Below, one piece after another: positions 30,195 to 39,452 of a stretch of DNA of 64,000 bases. Location of the stretch: NCBI GenBank assembly GCA_965223505.1, contig CBDCWP010000026.1, positions 64,001-128,000 of the forward strand, in the 5' to 3' direction. Source of the stretch: Planctomycetota bacterium. Its GTDB lineage: Bacteria > Planctomycetota > PLA2 > JAEUHO01. Numbering within the stretch: the first letter of the stretch is position 1; every line of letters starts with the position of its first letter. The position numbers were made by a program, and so were the translations under genes. The notes under the pieces are model-generated. The model ran no database searches, had not been told where the DNA came from, and worked only from the letters and a program-made list of their open reading frames with translations.

Positions 30195-30560
30195 TCATGG
30201 GAAGAGCTCCGGGACCTCAGGCAGGACGACCTGTTCGACGAAGGGCCTGAGAGGCTCCGGGACTCTGATCGTTCCGGCGGCGGTGAACGTGATCACGTCG
30301 CCGGCGTGGTGTTCGTGAAGCTGCGTCTCGAAGATGCGTTCGAAGAGGTCCTTGGAGCATTCGATCGAGATGCTGGTCGGACCTGTCTGGGCGACACGGA
30401 TGCCGAGACGCGTGAGCTCCGTGGTCGCGCGTTCGACGACCGCCTCATCGACGGTGTGCGCATCGACGTTCTCGGAGGTGACGGGCTCGGATGCAGCGGG
30501 ACGGTCGGCGTCGCCGGTCTTGCGACGCAGGATGACACTTGCGGCGACGCGCTCACTCAC
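30195..30560 (-). CDS. Stand-alone homolog of the adjacent peptidase prodomain
   Basis: NVDA...EL..LG..V....T.ISI..SK.LFE..F aligns by eye with the peptidase N-terminus. Confidence 0.7.
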   Translation of the reverse strand: MSERVAASVILRRKTGDADRPAASEPVTSENVDAHTVDEAVVERATTELTRLGIRVAQTGPTSISIECSKDLFERIFETQLHEHHAGDVITFTAAGTIRVPEPLRPFVEQVVLPEVPELFP

Positions 30561-30804
30561 GTGAGCACACGTCGCGCGAAGTAGGCGGCACCTGCTCGGC
30601 GCGTCCACACTGCGACGACCCCTTCGTCGTGCGTAACAACACCGAAACCCTAGCGATTTGCTGGCATTTTGTAAATGCGAAGAAGGGCCTAAGCAGGGCG
30701 CCGAGAGGCCCCGGAGTTGCGGCCCTGTGCCCACGGTGCCGCAAGTGCATGGTGCAGCCCGAAATACGCCGGCGGGTGCCGCTCGCTCGTAGCCGGGCCG
30801 GCTG

Positions 30805-30877
30805 CTAGGGCGACCCTCGGGGTCGCCCAACCAGGCGCGTGCATCCTCCGTCGGGCAGCCACGAGGGCTGCCCCTAC
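30805..30877. repeat. REP inverted pair
   Basis: CTAGGGCGACCCTCGGGGTCGCCC and inverted GGGCAGCCACGAGGGCTGCCCCTAC. Confidence 0.8.
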
Positions 30878-32205
30878 AGGGTCTCGGCGCCCCGTCCGGT
30901 CTTGCGCCCCAACCCAATGCCCTCGTACTCGAACCCGGCCTCGCGGGCCTTGTCGGCATCCAGCACGTTGCGGCCGTCGAAGACGACCTTCTGCTTCATG
31001 ACGCCGCTGAGGCGTTCGAAGTCGGCGGCGCGGAATTCGAGCCACTCGGTCGCCAGGATGAGCGCGTCGGCGTCCTTGGCGGCGGCATAGGGGTCGGTCG
31101 AGTACTCCATGCGCTCACCGAACGCCTTGCGGAAGTTGTCAAGTGCTTCCGGGTCGGTCCCGACGACGGTGGCGCCTCTGGAGGCGAGCATGTCGGCGAT
31201 GACGAGCGCCGGTGCTTCGCGGATGTCGTCGGTCTGGGGCTTGAAGGCCAGGCCCCAGAGGGCGAAGCGCTTGCCGGAGAGATCCTCGCCGAAGCGTTCG
31301 ATGACGCGGCGTGCGATGAGCTCCTTCTGGGTGTCGTTGACGGCTTCGACGGCGGTGACGATGGTCATGTCGACGCCGGCGGCCTTGGCGATGTGCATGA
31401 GGCCCTGGGTGTCCTTGGGGAAGCAGGAGCCGCCGTAGCCGACGCCGGCGTAGAGGAACGGCTTTCCGATGCGGCTGTCGGTGCCGATGCCCGAGGCGAT
31501 GTCCTTGACGTTGGCGCCGACGGTGTCGCAGAGCCGGGCGATCTCGTTCATGAAGGAGATGCGGGTGGCGAGCATGGCGTTGGCGGCGTACTTGGTGACC
31601 TCGGCGGAGACGTTGGACATGCGCAGGATGGGCTTGCCGGAGACGACGTAGGGCGCGTAGAGGGTGCGCATGGTCTCGAAGGCTTCGTCGGAGTCGGTGC
31701 CGATGACGACGCGGTCGGGCTTGAGGAAGTCGTCGACGGAGCGGCCTTCGGCGAGGAACTCGGGGTTGGAGACGACGTGGACGGTGTGGTCGGTGTAGGT
31801 GGCACAGATCTCCTTCATGCGGGCGGCGGTGCCGACGGGCACGGTGCTCTTCATGACCAGGACGAGGGGGCCGGTGGCGGGTTCGACGGACTGCCTCACG
31901 GCGGCGTCGACGTAGGAGAGGTCGGGGGCGCCGTCGGGGCCTTCGGGGGTGCCGACGGCGATGAAGACGACGTCGCAGCCGGGGATGGCGTCGGCGTGGG
32001 AGGTGGTGAAGGAGATGCGGCCTTCGCGTAGGACGCGGTCGAGGATGCGACCGAGGCCGGGCTCGTAGATGGGGACCTCGCCGCCTCGGAGGGCGTCGAT
32101 CTTGGCGGGGTCGGTGTCGACGCAGACGACGTCGTGGCCTGTGTCGGCGAAGCAGACGCCGGCGACGAGGCCGACGTACCCGGTGCCGATGACGGCGATC
32201 TTCAT
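30874..32205 (-). CDS. ugd: UDP-glucose 6-dehydrogenase
   Basis: GTGYVG, KSTVPVG, SNPEFL.EG, GYGGSCFPKD, AFKPQTDD.RE. Confidence 0.95.
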   Translation of the reverse strand: MKIAVIGTGYVGLVAGVCFADTGHDVVCVDTDPAKIDALRGGEVPIYEPGLGRILDRVLREGRISFTTSHADAIPGCDVVFIAVGTPEGPDGAPDLSYVDAAVRQSVEPATGPLVLVMKSTVPVGTAARMKEICATYTDHTVHVVSNPEFLAEGRSVDDFLKPDRVVIGTDSDEAFETMRTLYAPYVVSGKPILRMSNVSAEVTKYAANAMLATRISFMNEIARLCDTVGANVKDIASGIGTDSRIGKPFLYAGVGYGGSCFPKDTQGLMHIAKAAGVDMTIVTAVEAVNDTQKELIARRVIERFGEDLSGKRFALWGLAFKPQTDDIREAPALVIADMLASRGATVVGTDPEALDNFRKAFGERMEYSTDPYAAAKDADALILATEWLEFRAADFERLSGVMKQKVVFDGRNVLDADKAREAGFEYEGIGLGRKTGRGAETL

Positions 32206-32286
32206 GGTGGGAGGCTCCCTTTGGTGCCGTGTTGGAGGCGCGAGGTGGAAGCGGAAAATGTTACCCGCGGATGGCCGAGGCGCTGA

Positions 32287-32314
32287 TTGACGGGGGGCGA
32301 GGTGTCCCTAGAAT
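32287..32314 (+). promoter_or_regulatory. Sigma-70-type promoter of tRNA-Asp
   Basis: TTGACG-N16-TAGAAT upstream of the tRNA. Confidence 0.65.
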
Positions 32315-32338
32315 CCGGCCGCTGCCCTAACAAATCGC

Positions 32339-32417
32339 GGGGGTGTAGCTCAGTTCGGTTTAGAGCGCCGGCCTGTCAAGCCGGAGGTCGCGGGTTCGAG
32401 TCCCGTCACTCCCGCCA
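32339..32417 (+). tRNA. tRNA-Asp(GTC), integration site
   Basis: GGGGGTG/CACTCCC acceptor, CCGGC-CTGTCAA-GCCGG anticodon arm, GGTTCGAGTCC, CCA. Confidence 0.96.
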
Positions 32418-32566
32418 TTCTCCCTGCGCGTCCCTGCCCTAACTCGCGCGACGTTGCACGCTTGGGGCCGCTCCCCTACCCGGGCGCCCGACCCCTTACA
32501 TCTCGCAGCAATGTGCGAGGACGTGCGAGGTCGTGGCAGAAGAACAGCAAAGAAGTGGTCATAGTC
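32366..32566 (+). repeat. attL-like junction: 52-bp tRNA core plus downstream arm
   Basis: Core 32366-32417 identical to 53344-53395 and 58120-58171; 40-bp arm motif at 32527-32566. Confidence 0.88.
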
Positions 32567-32652
32567 GCTTGGCGGCGCTTGCTTCGCGTGGCGCCGATGC
32601 CAGTGGCGCGAGGTTCGCGGGACTGCCCGCCTCTGTCGGTAGCGTGAATACG

Positions 32653-34050
32653 ATGCGGGGTTCCCCTGGAGCATCCGTGACACAGGCCGGACACGAAGCC
32701 GAGAGGCTGCTGAACGAGCTACTGGGCTCGTCGTTGTGCTTGGACTTCGTCCTGTGGTCGCCCCAGTTCGACGATCGCGGAACGACCAAGGAGGTGTGCG
32801 ACCACGTTCTGGAGCAGTCCGGTCAAGCGATTCCGATCCAGCTGAAGACGCAAGATCCCGCAGCAGAGCGCGACGGTGCCCGCGAACGGAAGTGGCTTCG
32901 GAAGCATGGCGGGAAGGCCGTCCGGCAGCTCTCCGGCTCGATCTCGACGCTCGCTCGCCGTGACATCGACGTTTCGCACTTGCGTCGCGGCAGCTTCACG
33001 ATCAAGGCGGCGTCACTGGAAGTGATCCACGCCGTAGCCCTCGTGGACTCCCAGCAGGTCGCGGCCCTTGGGCTTCCCACGACTACGTCGCAAGGGGTCC
33101 CCGCTCACACTCTCACCGTCGCCGACTTCGTCTGGCTCGCGAACGAGCTGATGACGGTCCCGGACATGTTCATGTACCTGGACCGCCGGAGCGAGACTCT
33201 GGGTCGCCTCGAGCTGCCCGTGGGTGCGGAGAAGGCCCTGTACGCCTGGTATATCACCCACAAGAACTCCTTCGCCGAGCTCCAGGATCTCCCGTCCGCG
33301 GAATCCGCGGCCGTGGACCTCTACGTCGGCGACAACCAAGCGTTCTACGAGATGAAGCGCCAGGACGACCGGTTGGCGAAGCACTACCAGGACCTCATTG
33401 ACGGCACGCACAACGTCAACCCGGAGCTAAATACGGAGATGCCCGCGGAACTGGCAGCGGGCTGGACCTGGGAGCAGGCAGAGCGCGACTACATCAGGAT
33501 CGCCTACGAGTTGAATGCCGTTCCACGTGCGTTTCGGCGCGAGACGATGCGCAAGTTCCTTCACAAGTGCGAACTGGCTGAGGGGTCGTGGCGCCCGAGG
33601 TTCTACAGCGAGTACTTCTCGCCTCGAGAGACCGTATTTGTCTTTGCATCGTTCGACGGAGAGCCACAGAAGGCTTGGACGTGGCTCAACGGTCTTGCGC
33701 GGGGCGCCTGGGCCGCGATCGCTGAAAGGGGCTACCCGGTTGCCCGCGTCGTCGTTGCGATGGTGCCGAGCCGCGCCGGCGGAGACGGTGCGTTCCGTTA
33801 CCTGCACCTGGAACCTGAAGGCGAACCGGGTCCCAGGGATCGCGAAGCAGCAGCCCACCTGTTCGGCGCGACCTTCTCGCAGGAGGTGAACGAATTTCCG
33901 CACTTGCAGGCCCGGCCGGGTGAACTCCGTACGTTCGGGCCCGTGCCCGGCGAAGAGGTGAGGGCCGCTGCCCAGCAAATGAAGATCGGACGCAACGCAC
34001 CATGTCCATGCGGAAGCGGACGGAAGTACAAGAAGTGCCACGGGGCGTAA
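32653..34050 (+). CDS. SEC-C motif protein with putative N-terminal NERD/PD-(D/E)XK-like domain
   Basis: C-terminal GRNAPCPCGSGRKYKKCH; N-terminal EVCD...IQLK. Confidence 0.7.
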   Translation: MRGSPGASVTQAGHEAERLLNELLGSSLCLDFVLWSPQFDDRGTTKEVCDHVLEQSGQAIPIQLKTQDPAAERDGARERKWLRKHGGKAVRQLSGSISTLARRDIDVSHLRRGSFTIKAASLEVIHAVALVDSQQVAALGLPTTTSQGVPAHTLTVADFVWLANELMTVPDMFMYLDRRSETLGRLELPVGAEKALYAWYITHKNSFAELQDLPSAESAAVDLYVGDNQAFYEMKRQDDRLAKHYQDLIDGTHNVNPELNTEMPAELAAGWTWEQAERDYIRIAYELNAVPRAFRRETMRKFLHKCELAEGSWRPRFYSEYFSPRETVFVFASFDGEPQKAWTWLNGLARGAWAAIAERGYPVARVVVAMVPSRAGGDGAFRYLHLEPEGEPGPRDREAAAHLFGATFSQEVNEFPHLQARPGELRTFGPVPGEEVRAAAQQMKIGRNAPCPCGSGRKYKKCHGA

Positions 34051-34155
34051 CGTACCGCCACACACACTGCCCCGCGATCGGCTCGCCGTCTCGGCGCCTC
34101 GTAGGAGGCCGCTACGGATCCGGCTGCGTCAGCTGTTTCCACTACGCTGAGTACC

Positions 34156-35004
34156 ATGTCCGACGTCACGACTGCCTGGATTCGCGCGACCGACGAAGAG
34201 CTGGCGCGTAGGGAGATCCCTGCGCGACGGCGCCCCTGGTCTGCCTGGAGCGAGTGGTCCAAGAAGAACGGACCATCCAGCCTGAGCGGCCCGGCCGCTC
34301 AGTTGATCTTCAAGTGGTACGAGGAGAACTACACGCGCGACGCATTCATCGTCGGGAGCCTGTTCACCGGCGCCCTCTACTTTGATCAGGGCATCTGGCC
34401 CGTCGAGGTCCCACTGGTTTACGGTAGGTGCCGTCTGGATGTGAACGGAATGGTTGCCAGCATGCCGTCCATCGTTTTCGAGCGCATGGCGAAAGACCAA
34501 AGCGCTTTCCGCACTTTCGCCGCCCTCGCAGCTGACTGCATCGACTATGGCCTGGGATTCGACGATCTGGCGAACATCAGTCTGGCGTCTTCGCTGGCAA
34601 CTAACATGTTGGTCAGCGCCGACAAGGAGCTTCGCTCAGCGGTTGTCTTGTTGCTGTCAAATCGTCCCAATCAGAAGGTTGCTGAGTCTGCGCGCTTGGC
34701 AACAGAGATGTTCCTGAAGGGCTTTCTCGCTCACTACACGGGGCTTGACGAGAGAGGTGCCAGGAACATCGGCCACAATCTGCACAAGGCCCTCGATGAG
34801 TCCCTTGCTCACGACCCGAGTTCGGATCTTCGAGTCCTTAGCGGTCTGCTGGGCCGGCTCCCGGCCATCGCCGAGCGGTACAGGGTGGCGAAACGCTCGA
34901 TCGGTGAGTTGTGGAGCGCCTACTCACTAGCCCAGATCGCCGGGACTGCCCTTGTCCGATCCCTCTCTGATCGAGACTGTCGGCCGAGCATGATGGTGTC
35001 CTAG
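34156..35004 (+). CDS. Hypothetical protein with C-terminal HEPN-like domain
   Basis: ATEMFLKGFL...GHNL..L...RY pattern typical of HEPN helical bundles. Confidence 0.6.
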   Translation: MSDVTTAWIRATDEELARREIPARRRPWSAWSEWSKKNGPSSLSGPAAQLIFKWYEENYTRDAFIVGSLFTGALYFDQGIWPVEVPLVYGRCRLDVNGMVASMPSIVFERMAKDQSAFRTFAALAADCIDYGLGFDDLANISLASSLATNMLVSADKELRSAVVLLLSNRPNQKVAESARLATEMFLKGFLAHYTGLDERGARNIGHNLHKALDESLAHDPSSDLRVLSGLLGRLPAIAERYRVAKRSIGELWSAYSLAQIAGTALVRSLSDRDCRPSMMVS

Positions 35005-35373
35005 CCACCGTTTTGGACTCGCCGCCCAAAGGGGTCTTCATCTTCAGCGTGGGTTGCTCTAGGTAGTTGCACGTCAGCGCCGTCTCTTATCGTCACTTCA
35101 AGCTCGCTGGCGCCTGAGCCGGCCGAGAATGGGATCGGGCCGCATCCACGACCGTGCGCCCGACGCTATTCCCGCATGTCATCTACTGCGATGAGCCCTC
35201 CGGCACCTGAATGCGCATTGTCTTCTCAACTGTCACTCGCGCGCAGTCAAGTTCCACGTGGCTAGTGGGGGCACGGAACGATCGGCAGAGCGGGGAATGG
35301 TCTGCAAGCGGTATTCCCTTGGTCACACTGGAAGCAGCCTTGACTCTGAGTCTTGGCTGGAATCAACCCGTCG

Positions 35374-35841
35374 CTACTTCTTGCCGTTGGAGCCTTCGTC
35401 GGTGTCCGCCTTCTCGGCTTGGGCGTCGGTGAGCACGACTTCGGCCTTCCTCAGATTCATGATGGGCAAGAGTAGCGGCGGCTGACCAGCACGGACGGTG
35501 AGGCTCCAGACAATTTCCCTCAGGTAAGGCCAGAGAAACGCAGGTGCGTTGGTGCGTGCGAACTCCTCGGGGGGCATTGAAGGCTCGCCGGACCAGTTGA
35601 ACAGCGCCCTCATCACAATGGTAGCGTCGATCGCTGCCGTTTCTCCGTCCGCAGACTCAGACCGCAGCCCCGCAGTCACGACAATACTGCGGGCCTCTTT
35701 GTCGACGACGCTCCTGATGGCGTAGTCCCACTCGGGAGCACTGAGCTCGCTCTCGGCGCTCTCTTCGACACGGAAAGATGCAGACCGGAGCTTGATCTCC
35801 TTGGCTCGATAGCCCGACGGAGAACTCTTCGTGCGCGTCAT
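35374..35841 (-). CDS. SecB-like chaperone
   Basis: NAPAFLWPYLREIVWSLTVRAGQPPLLLPIMNL SecB signature. Confidence 0.88.
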   Translation of the reverse strand: MTRTKSSPSGYRAKEIKLRSASFRVEESAESELSAPEWDYAIRSVVDKEARSIVVTAGLRSESADGETAAIDATIVMRALFNWSGEPSMPPEEFARTNAPAFLWPYLREIVWSLTVRAGQPPLLLPIMNLRKAEVVLTDAQAEKADTDEGSNGKK

Positions 35842-36272
35842 CAGGCGGCCAAACTGAAGCCCTGCATATCTTCGTCACTCAAATCGTCGTCAGTGGATCG
35901 GGGGCTCCACGCATTGCAGGACCAGAACCACTCGGTGTCGTGGACCACGATCGGATCACCGTGCGCATGATCGAGAAAGAACTCTCGAATTAGGACTTGC
36001 TCATGTTGGTCGGGATAGTGACGCTTCGTCGCCGAACGGTAGTGCGGAATGACGGACACGTCACAAAGCCTAGACGACTCGACGTCGGCGTAAACCTCAA
36101 GCATGAAGCGAACGAACTCCTCGCCGACGCCATCAGGCAGGCCGAACACGTCGAGCACTGGTCCTCCCTCATCGACAGGGAGGCTGTGGTCGAGTTGCGT
36201 GACCACTTGGGGCCACCGACTTCGCAGCACCCGCGTGTAGTGGTTCAGGATTTCGTCGTCGCTGTTCGCCAA
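35841..36272 (-). CDS. Putative antitoxin (degenerate MNT-like fold) with aromatic/acidic tail ending in LAA
   Basis: Between HEPN and SecB genes with tight coupling; ends DEDMQGFSLAA. Confidence 0.55.
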   Translation of the reverse strand: MANSDDEILNHYTRVLRSRWPQVVTQLDHSLPVDEGGPVLDVFGLPDGVGEEFVRFMLEVYADVESSRLCDVSVIPHYRSATKRHYPDQHEQVLIREFFLDHAHGDPIVVHDTEWFWSCNAWSPRSTDDDLSDEDMQGFSLAA

Positions 36273-36274
36273 GG

Positions 36275-36703
36275 CTATGTACTCACGTTCATGCTACCGA
36301 GATACTCGGGGATTCGCTCCCAAAGGGGAGCCAATTCGCCGGCTTCCACATCGTCCGGCTTGTAGTCCGACTTGATCCTCAAATCCCTGAGGCTCCTCGC
36401 GAAGGGCCCAGGCGGAGTGCCACCGAGGAGCGACCCGGCGAGTGGTGCGCAACCGCAGACAACGTCATGCGGCCATTGGCCACTTGCGTCCCCAGCACCC
36501 TGTTTGAAATCGCCAGGGACGCTTCCTCTGCTGGTCATGGCACCGACTATCGCCTGGTAGATGGCGTAGTAGGCTCGGCTGGCAGCACCGTTCATTTGAC
36601 GCGCCCTGTGTAGGGCCCTAGCTTCGCGCCATGTTGCCGCAGCCTTGCGCTTCACCGGTCCACCATCTCCCCACACGGTCGGCCCCCCGCGGGACCGATC
36701 CAC
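36275..36703 (-). CDS. HEPN domain protein (UPF0332-like), putative toxin; start uncertain
   Basis: AASRAYYAIYQA...H..V...LRDLRIKSDY. Confidence 0.8.
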   Translation of the reverse strand: MDRSRGGPTVWGDGGPVKRKAAATWREARALHRARQMNGAASRAYYAIYQAIVGAMTSRGSVPGDFKQGAGDASGQWPHDVVCGCAPLAGSLLGGTPPGPFARSLRDLRIKSDYKPDDVEAGELAPLWERIPEYLGSMNVST

Positions 36704-36860
36704 AATGCTACACGGCCGTCAGGTCTTGAGACAAGCGGTTGACACCGAGCGCTCTCGCCCACGCTCCGTGGGCCCGTGAGGGCGATCTTCATCTCGGTGC
36801 GGCTCGCGAGGCGACGAAACCTGAGCAGGCAGCGTCCCGTTCCAGGACACCTAGCCTGAA

Positions 36861-37027
36861 CTCCGCCTCGGCCGTACGCAGGTCCAACAGCGCTACGTCT
36901 GTGTACGTCTTCATCGTCAATCCGCGAGTGCCACGCCAGCGCGTGTGCGGTTCGCGGATGCTCGCCGGGGGAGGACAGCCGCGTGATGTACGTCACACGG
37001 AAGGAAGTCCAGCACGCAACCGTCATC
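36861..37027 (-). pseudogene. Frameshifted relic of a tyrosine integrase C-terminus
   Basis: DDGCVLDF/SFRVTYITRLSSPGEHPRTAHALAWHSR/LTMKTYTDVALLDL matches the C-terminus of the 38220-39452 integrase. Confidence 0.8.
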
Positions 37028-37051
37028 GGCTTACTCGCGCCTAGAACGTCA

Positions 37052-37447
37052 TCACTTGGCCTTGCTGATACTCCCGTCACGTATGCGCATGCACCATCGA
37101 CCCTCTCCGTCCGACACGGATCTCGACCACTTTCGGATCTTGTCCCAGTACCGCAGCAAGGTGAGAGCCTGCTGGCGAGCACGGAAGTTGGCGAACCCCT
37201 TCCCCAAGAAGAGAATTGGGCGAGAGCAGTCCGCCCATGCTCTCCTCTCGCGCTTCCCACGATCAAGTGTGACCACTACCCAGCCCGTTCTCGAATTGAG
37301 CTTGAGGATCCACTCAGCGTCAGGCGTCGGGGGATCAAAACTCTCCGTAAGGTGCTCGTACTCTTCTAACTCACCCTCAAGTTGGGCCAGCCTCGCGAGG
37401 AACTCGACAATGGGTCGCGGGACGCAGTTGTCGAAGAAGAACTTCAC
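37052..37447 (-). CDS. PIN-like domain toxin (VapC45/DUF5615-like)
   Basis: KFFFDNC, D.EWI, WVVVTLD; GTG start overlapping upstream stop. Confidence 0.8.
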   Translation of the reverse strand: MKFFFDNCVPRPIVEFLARLAQLEGELEEYEHLTESFDPPTPDAEWILKLNSRTGWVVVTLDRGKRERRAWADCSRPILFLGKGFANFRARQQALTLLRYWDKIRKWSRSVSDGEGRWCMRIRDGSISKAK

Positions 37448-38130
37448 GCAGCCGATCGATCGTCCAGGAACTGCTCGAATCGAACAGCGGCGCGGACCTC
37501 CGCGCCGGATGCACCGTACCAAGATGCCGTCGCCTCCACACCAGCCCCAGAGAGTGCGTGTGCCGCAAGAACCTGAGTTTCGACTCCCGCGATCGAAGTA
37601 ACGGGACGTCCAAACCGGTACTCAGGAGAGACCATCACAAGATCACGGACGTCGTGTAGCCCCCTACCGGGGTTCCACTTCGCCACCAGCCCGTCATCGC
37701 CAAACGTCACATCTTGAAGGTAGGGGTCCAGAATCGCGTGCCAGGCTTGCTGATTCTTGAGTAGCTCAACGAGGAGCGGCTCCTCCTCTTCCTGCGTGAT
37801 CTCGAGGAAGATGGTCCGGCCGAGTGTCCGAATGCGTTGACTCGCAAACGGATAGTCCAACGCCCAGGTCGTCCGGGCGCGATGAAGTGCCCGCCGAATG
37901 GCCTGAAGACTGACGCCCCGACTCCGAAGAATGTGAACCAATCTAAGTTGCTGAAGATCCAGAAACCCGAGAACAAGATCATCGTCGTAGCGGGGGCGCC
38001 ACAGGGGGCCGTAGCAGCGTCCCTTGGTCTGGTATCCATGCGTCCAATCGCGGACTCGGCGACGCGGAACACCGGTTAAGCGGCTCGCCGCCGGGACGTC
38101 GTACAGGCCATGACCGAGGACGGCGCTCAT
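37444..38130 (-). CDS. DUF433-containing HTH antitoxin (VapB45-like)
   Basis: GLY.VPAASRL HTH, FLDL, P..RFGRPV...GV.T, EVRAAVRFE. Confidence 0.82.
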   Translation of the reverse strand: MSAVLGHGLYDVPAASRLTGVPRRRVRDWTHGYQTKGRCYGPLWRPRYDDDLVLGFLDLQQLRLVHILRSRGVSLQAIRRALHRARTTWALDYPFASQRIRTLGRTIFLEITQEEEEPLLVELLKNQQAWHAILDPYLQDVTFGDDGLVAKWNPGRGLHDVRDLVMVSPEYRFGRPVTSIAGVETQVLAAHALSGAGVEATASWYGASGAEVRAAVRFEQFLDDRSAA

Positions 38131-38219
38131 ACAACAACCACCTCTTTCTCCTTGCTCATATCGTACGTCGGTGCATCGCGCTTGTGTCCAAAGCGCGGGT
38201 GAAGGCAATTGTAAGACGC

Positions 38220-39452
38220 TCAATCGACATGAGCGGAGAGGGTCGGGCCGCAAGTCAGGCGTTTCATACCCGAGGACGCCGATGCGGCGCCTGCCTCGAC
38301 GGCGGAATGGAGGTCTAGAAGCCGCACGTCGGTGTAGGTCCTCATAGTCAACTCAAGCCGCGAATGACGAGCCAGCGCCTGCGCTGTCCTGGGATGAACG
38401 CCAGCAGCCGATAGGCGGCTGATCATCGTGACACGCAGGCTGTGGAAATCGACGATGCGCCCCTGGTCGTCCTCGCCGTCGAGCCTGGCGTGCTTGAGAT
38501 CGGCGTTGACGGTGCCGTGGGTCGGGAACAGGCGGCCCGGGAACAGGGCGTCGTGCGGCGCGGTCCCGAGCCCGGCTCCATCAACGCGAGCGCGATGCTC
38601 TGCCAGCCCGTCGGCCACGTCGCTGCGAAGGGGCAGTTCCGTCTGCTTCTTGGACTTCGTGATCGAGGCCCGCACGGTCAGCGTGCGCCGCTCCTCGTCC
38701 ACGTCGGCCCAGGTCAGGCCCCGCAGCTCGCCCTTGCGAAGCCCGGTGCCAAGCGCGAATAGATACAGGTACGCCCGCGTCTCCCCCAGCCGTCGCAGCT
38801 TCGCTTCCTGCGGGGGCGTCACGCCAGTCCGTGTGCGCTTGACGCGTGCCCGTTCCAAAGGACGCCGTCGGGCGGCGTCGAGCAGCCGCTCGACCTCCTC
38901 GTCGGTCAGGGCGCGGCGCACACGACGTCGATCCGTTTCCTCGTTGCGGGGCGAGAGGCCCTCAAATGGGTTGTGCGACCAGCGGCGTGTACGAACGAGC
39001 CAGTTGCCGAACTGCCGCAAGGATGCGAGTCGCTTGTTCACGGTTCGCGCCGAGAGCCGTTCCGCGAGCTCGGCCAGCCAATGCTGCGCCTCCACCAGGT
39101 CGATCTGAGGCAGCGTGCGCGCCTTGGTCATCTCGAGGTACGTGCGGAGCGAATGAACGCGATCGCGATGGTGCTCCTTGCTCACACCGCGGCTCTTGAG
39201 GAACGCACAGAACTCGTCGATGTGCTCCTTCAGCGGTCGCTCGGCGTTTTCCTCGAACGGGTTCGCCAGCCCCACCGCCTTGCGTTCCTCGCGCTCGATC
39301 ATTTGCAACGCCCGCATTTCGGCCACACGCTTGTCGCGGGTACCGAGCGACTTGCGGATGAGCTTGCGGTTGACGTTGGCCTGGACCCAGTAGACGCGAC
39401 CGGTCTGCATCTCGCCCTGGCGGTTCTTGAACTTGGGGCGGTAGATCCTCAT
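38220..39452 (-). CDS. Tyrosine recombinase/integrase
   Basis: TGLRKGEL (R), KSKK (K), DFHSLR (HxxR), ARHS (H), YT (Y). Confidence 0.95.
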   Translation of the reverse strand: MRIYRPKFKNRQGEMQTGRVYWVQANVNRKLIRKSLGTRDKRVAEMRALQMIEREERKAVGLANPFEENAERPLKEHIDEFCAFLKSRGVSKEHHRDRVHSLRTYLEMTKARTLPQIDLVEAQHWLAELAERLSARTVNKRLASLRQFGNWLVRTRRWSHNPFEGLSPRNEETDRRRVRRALTDEEVERLLDAARRRPLERARVKRTRTGVTPPQEAKLRRLGETRAYLYLFALGTGLRKGELRGLTWADVDEERRTLTVRASITKSKKQTELPLRSDVADGLAEHRARVDGAGLGTAPHDALFPGRLFPTHGTVNADLKHARLDGEDDQGRIVDFHSLRVTMISRLSAAGVHPRTAQALARHSRLELTMRTYTDVRLLDLHSAVEAGAASASSGMKRLTCGPTLSAHVD

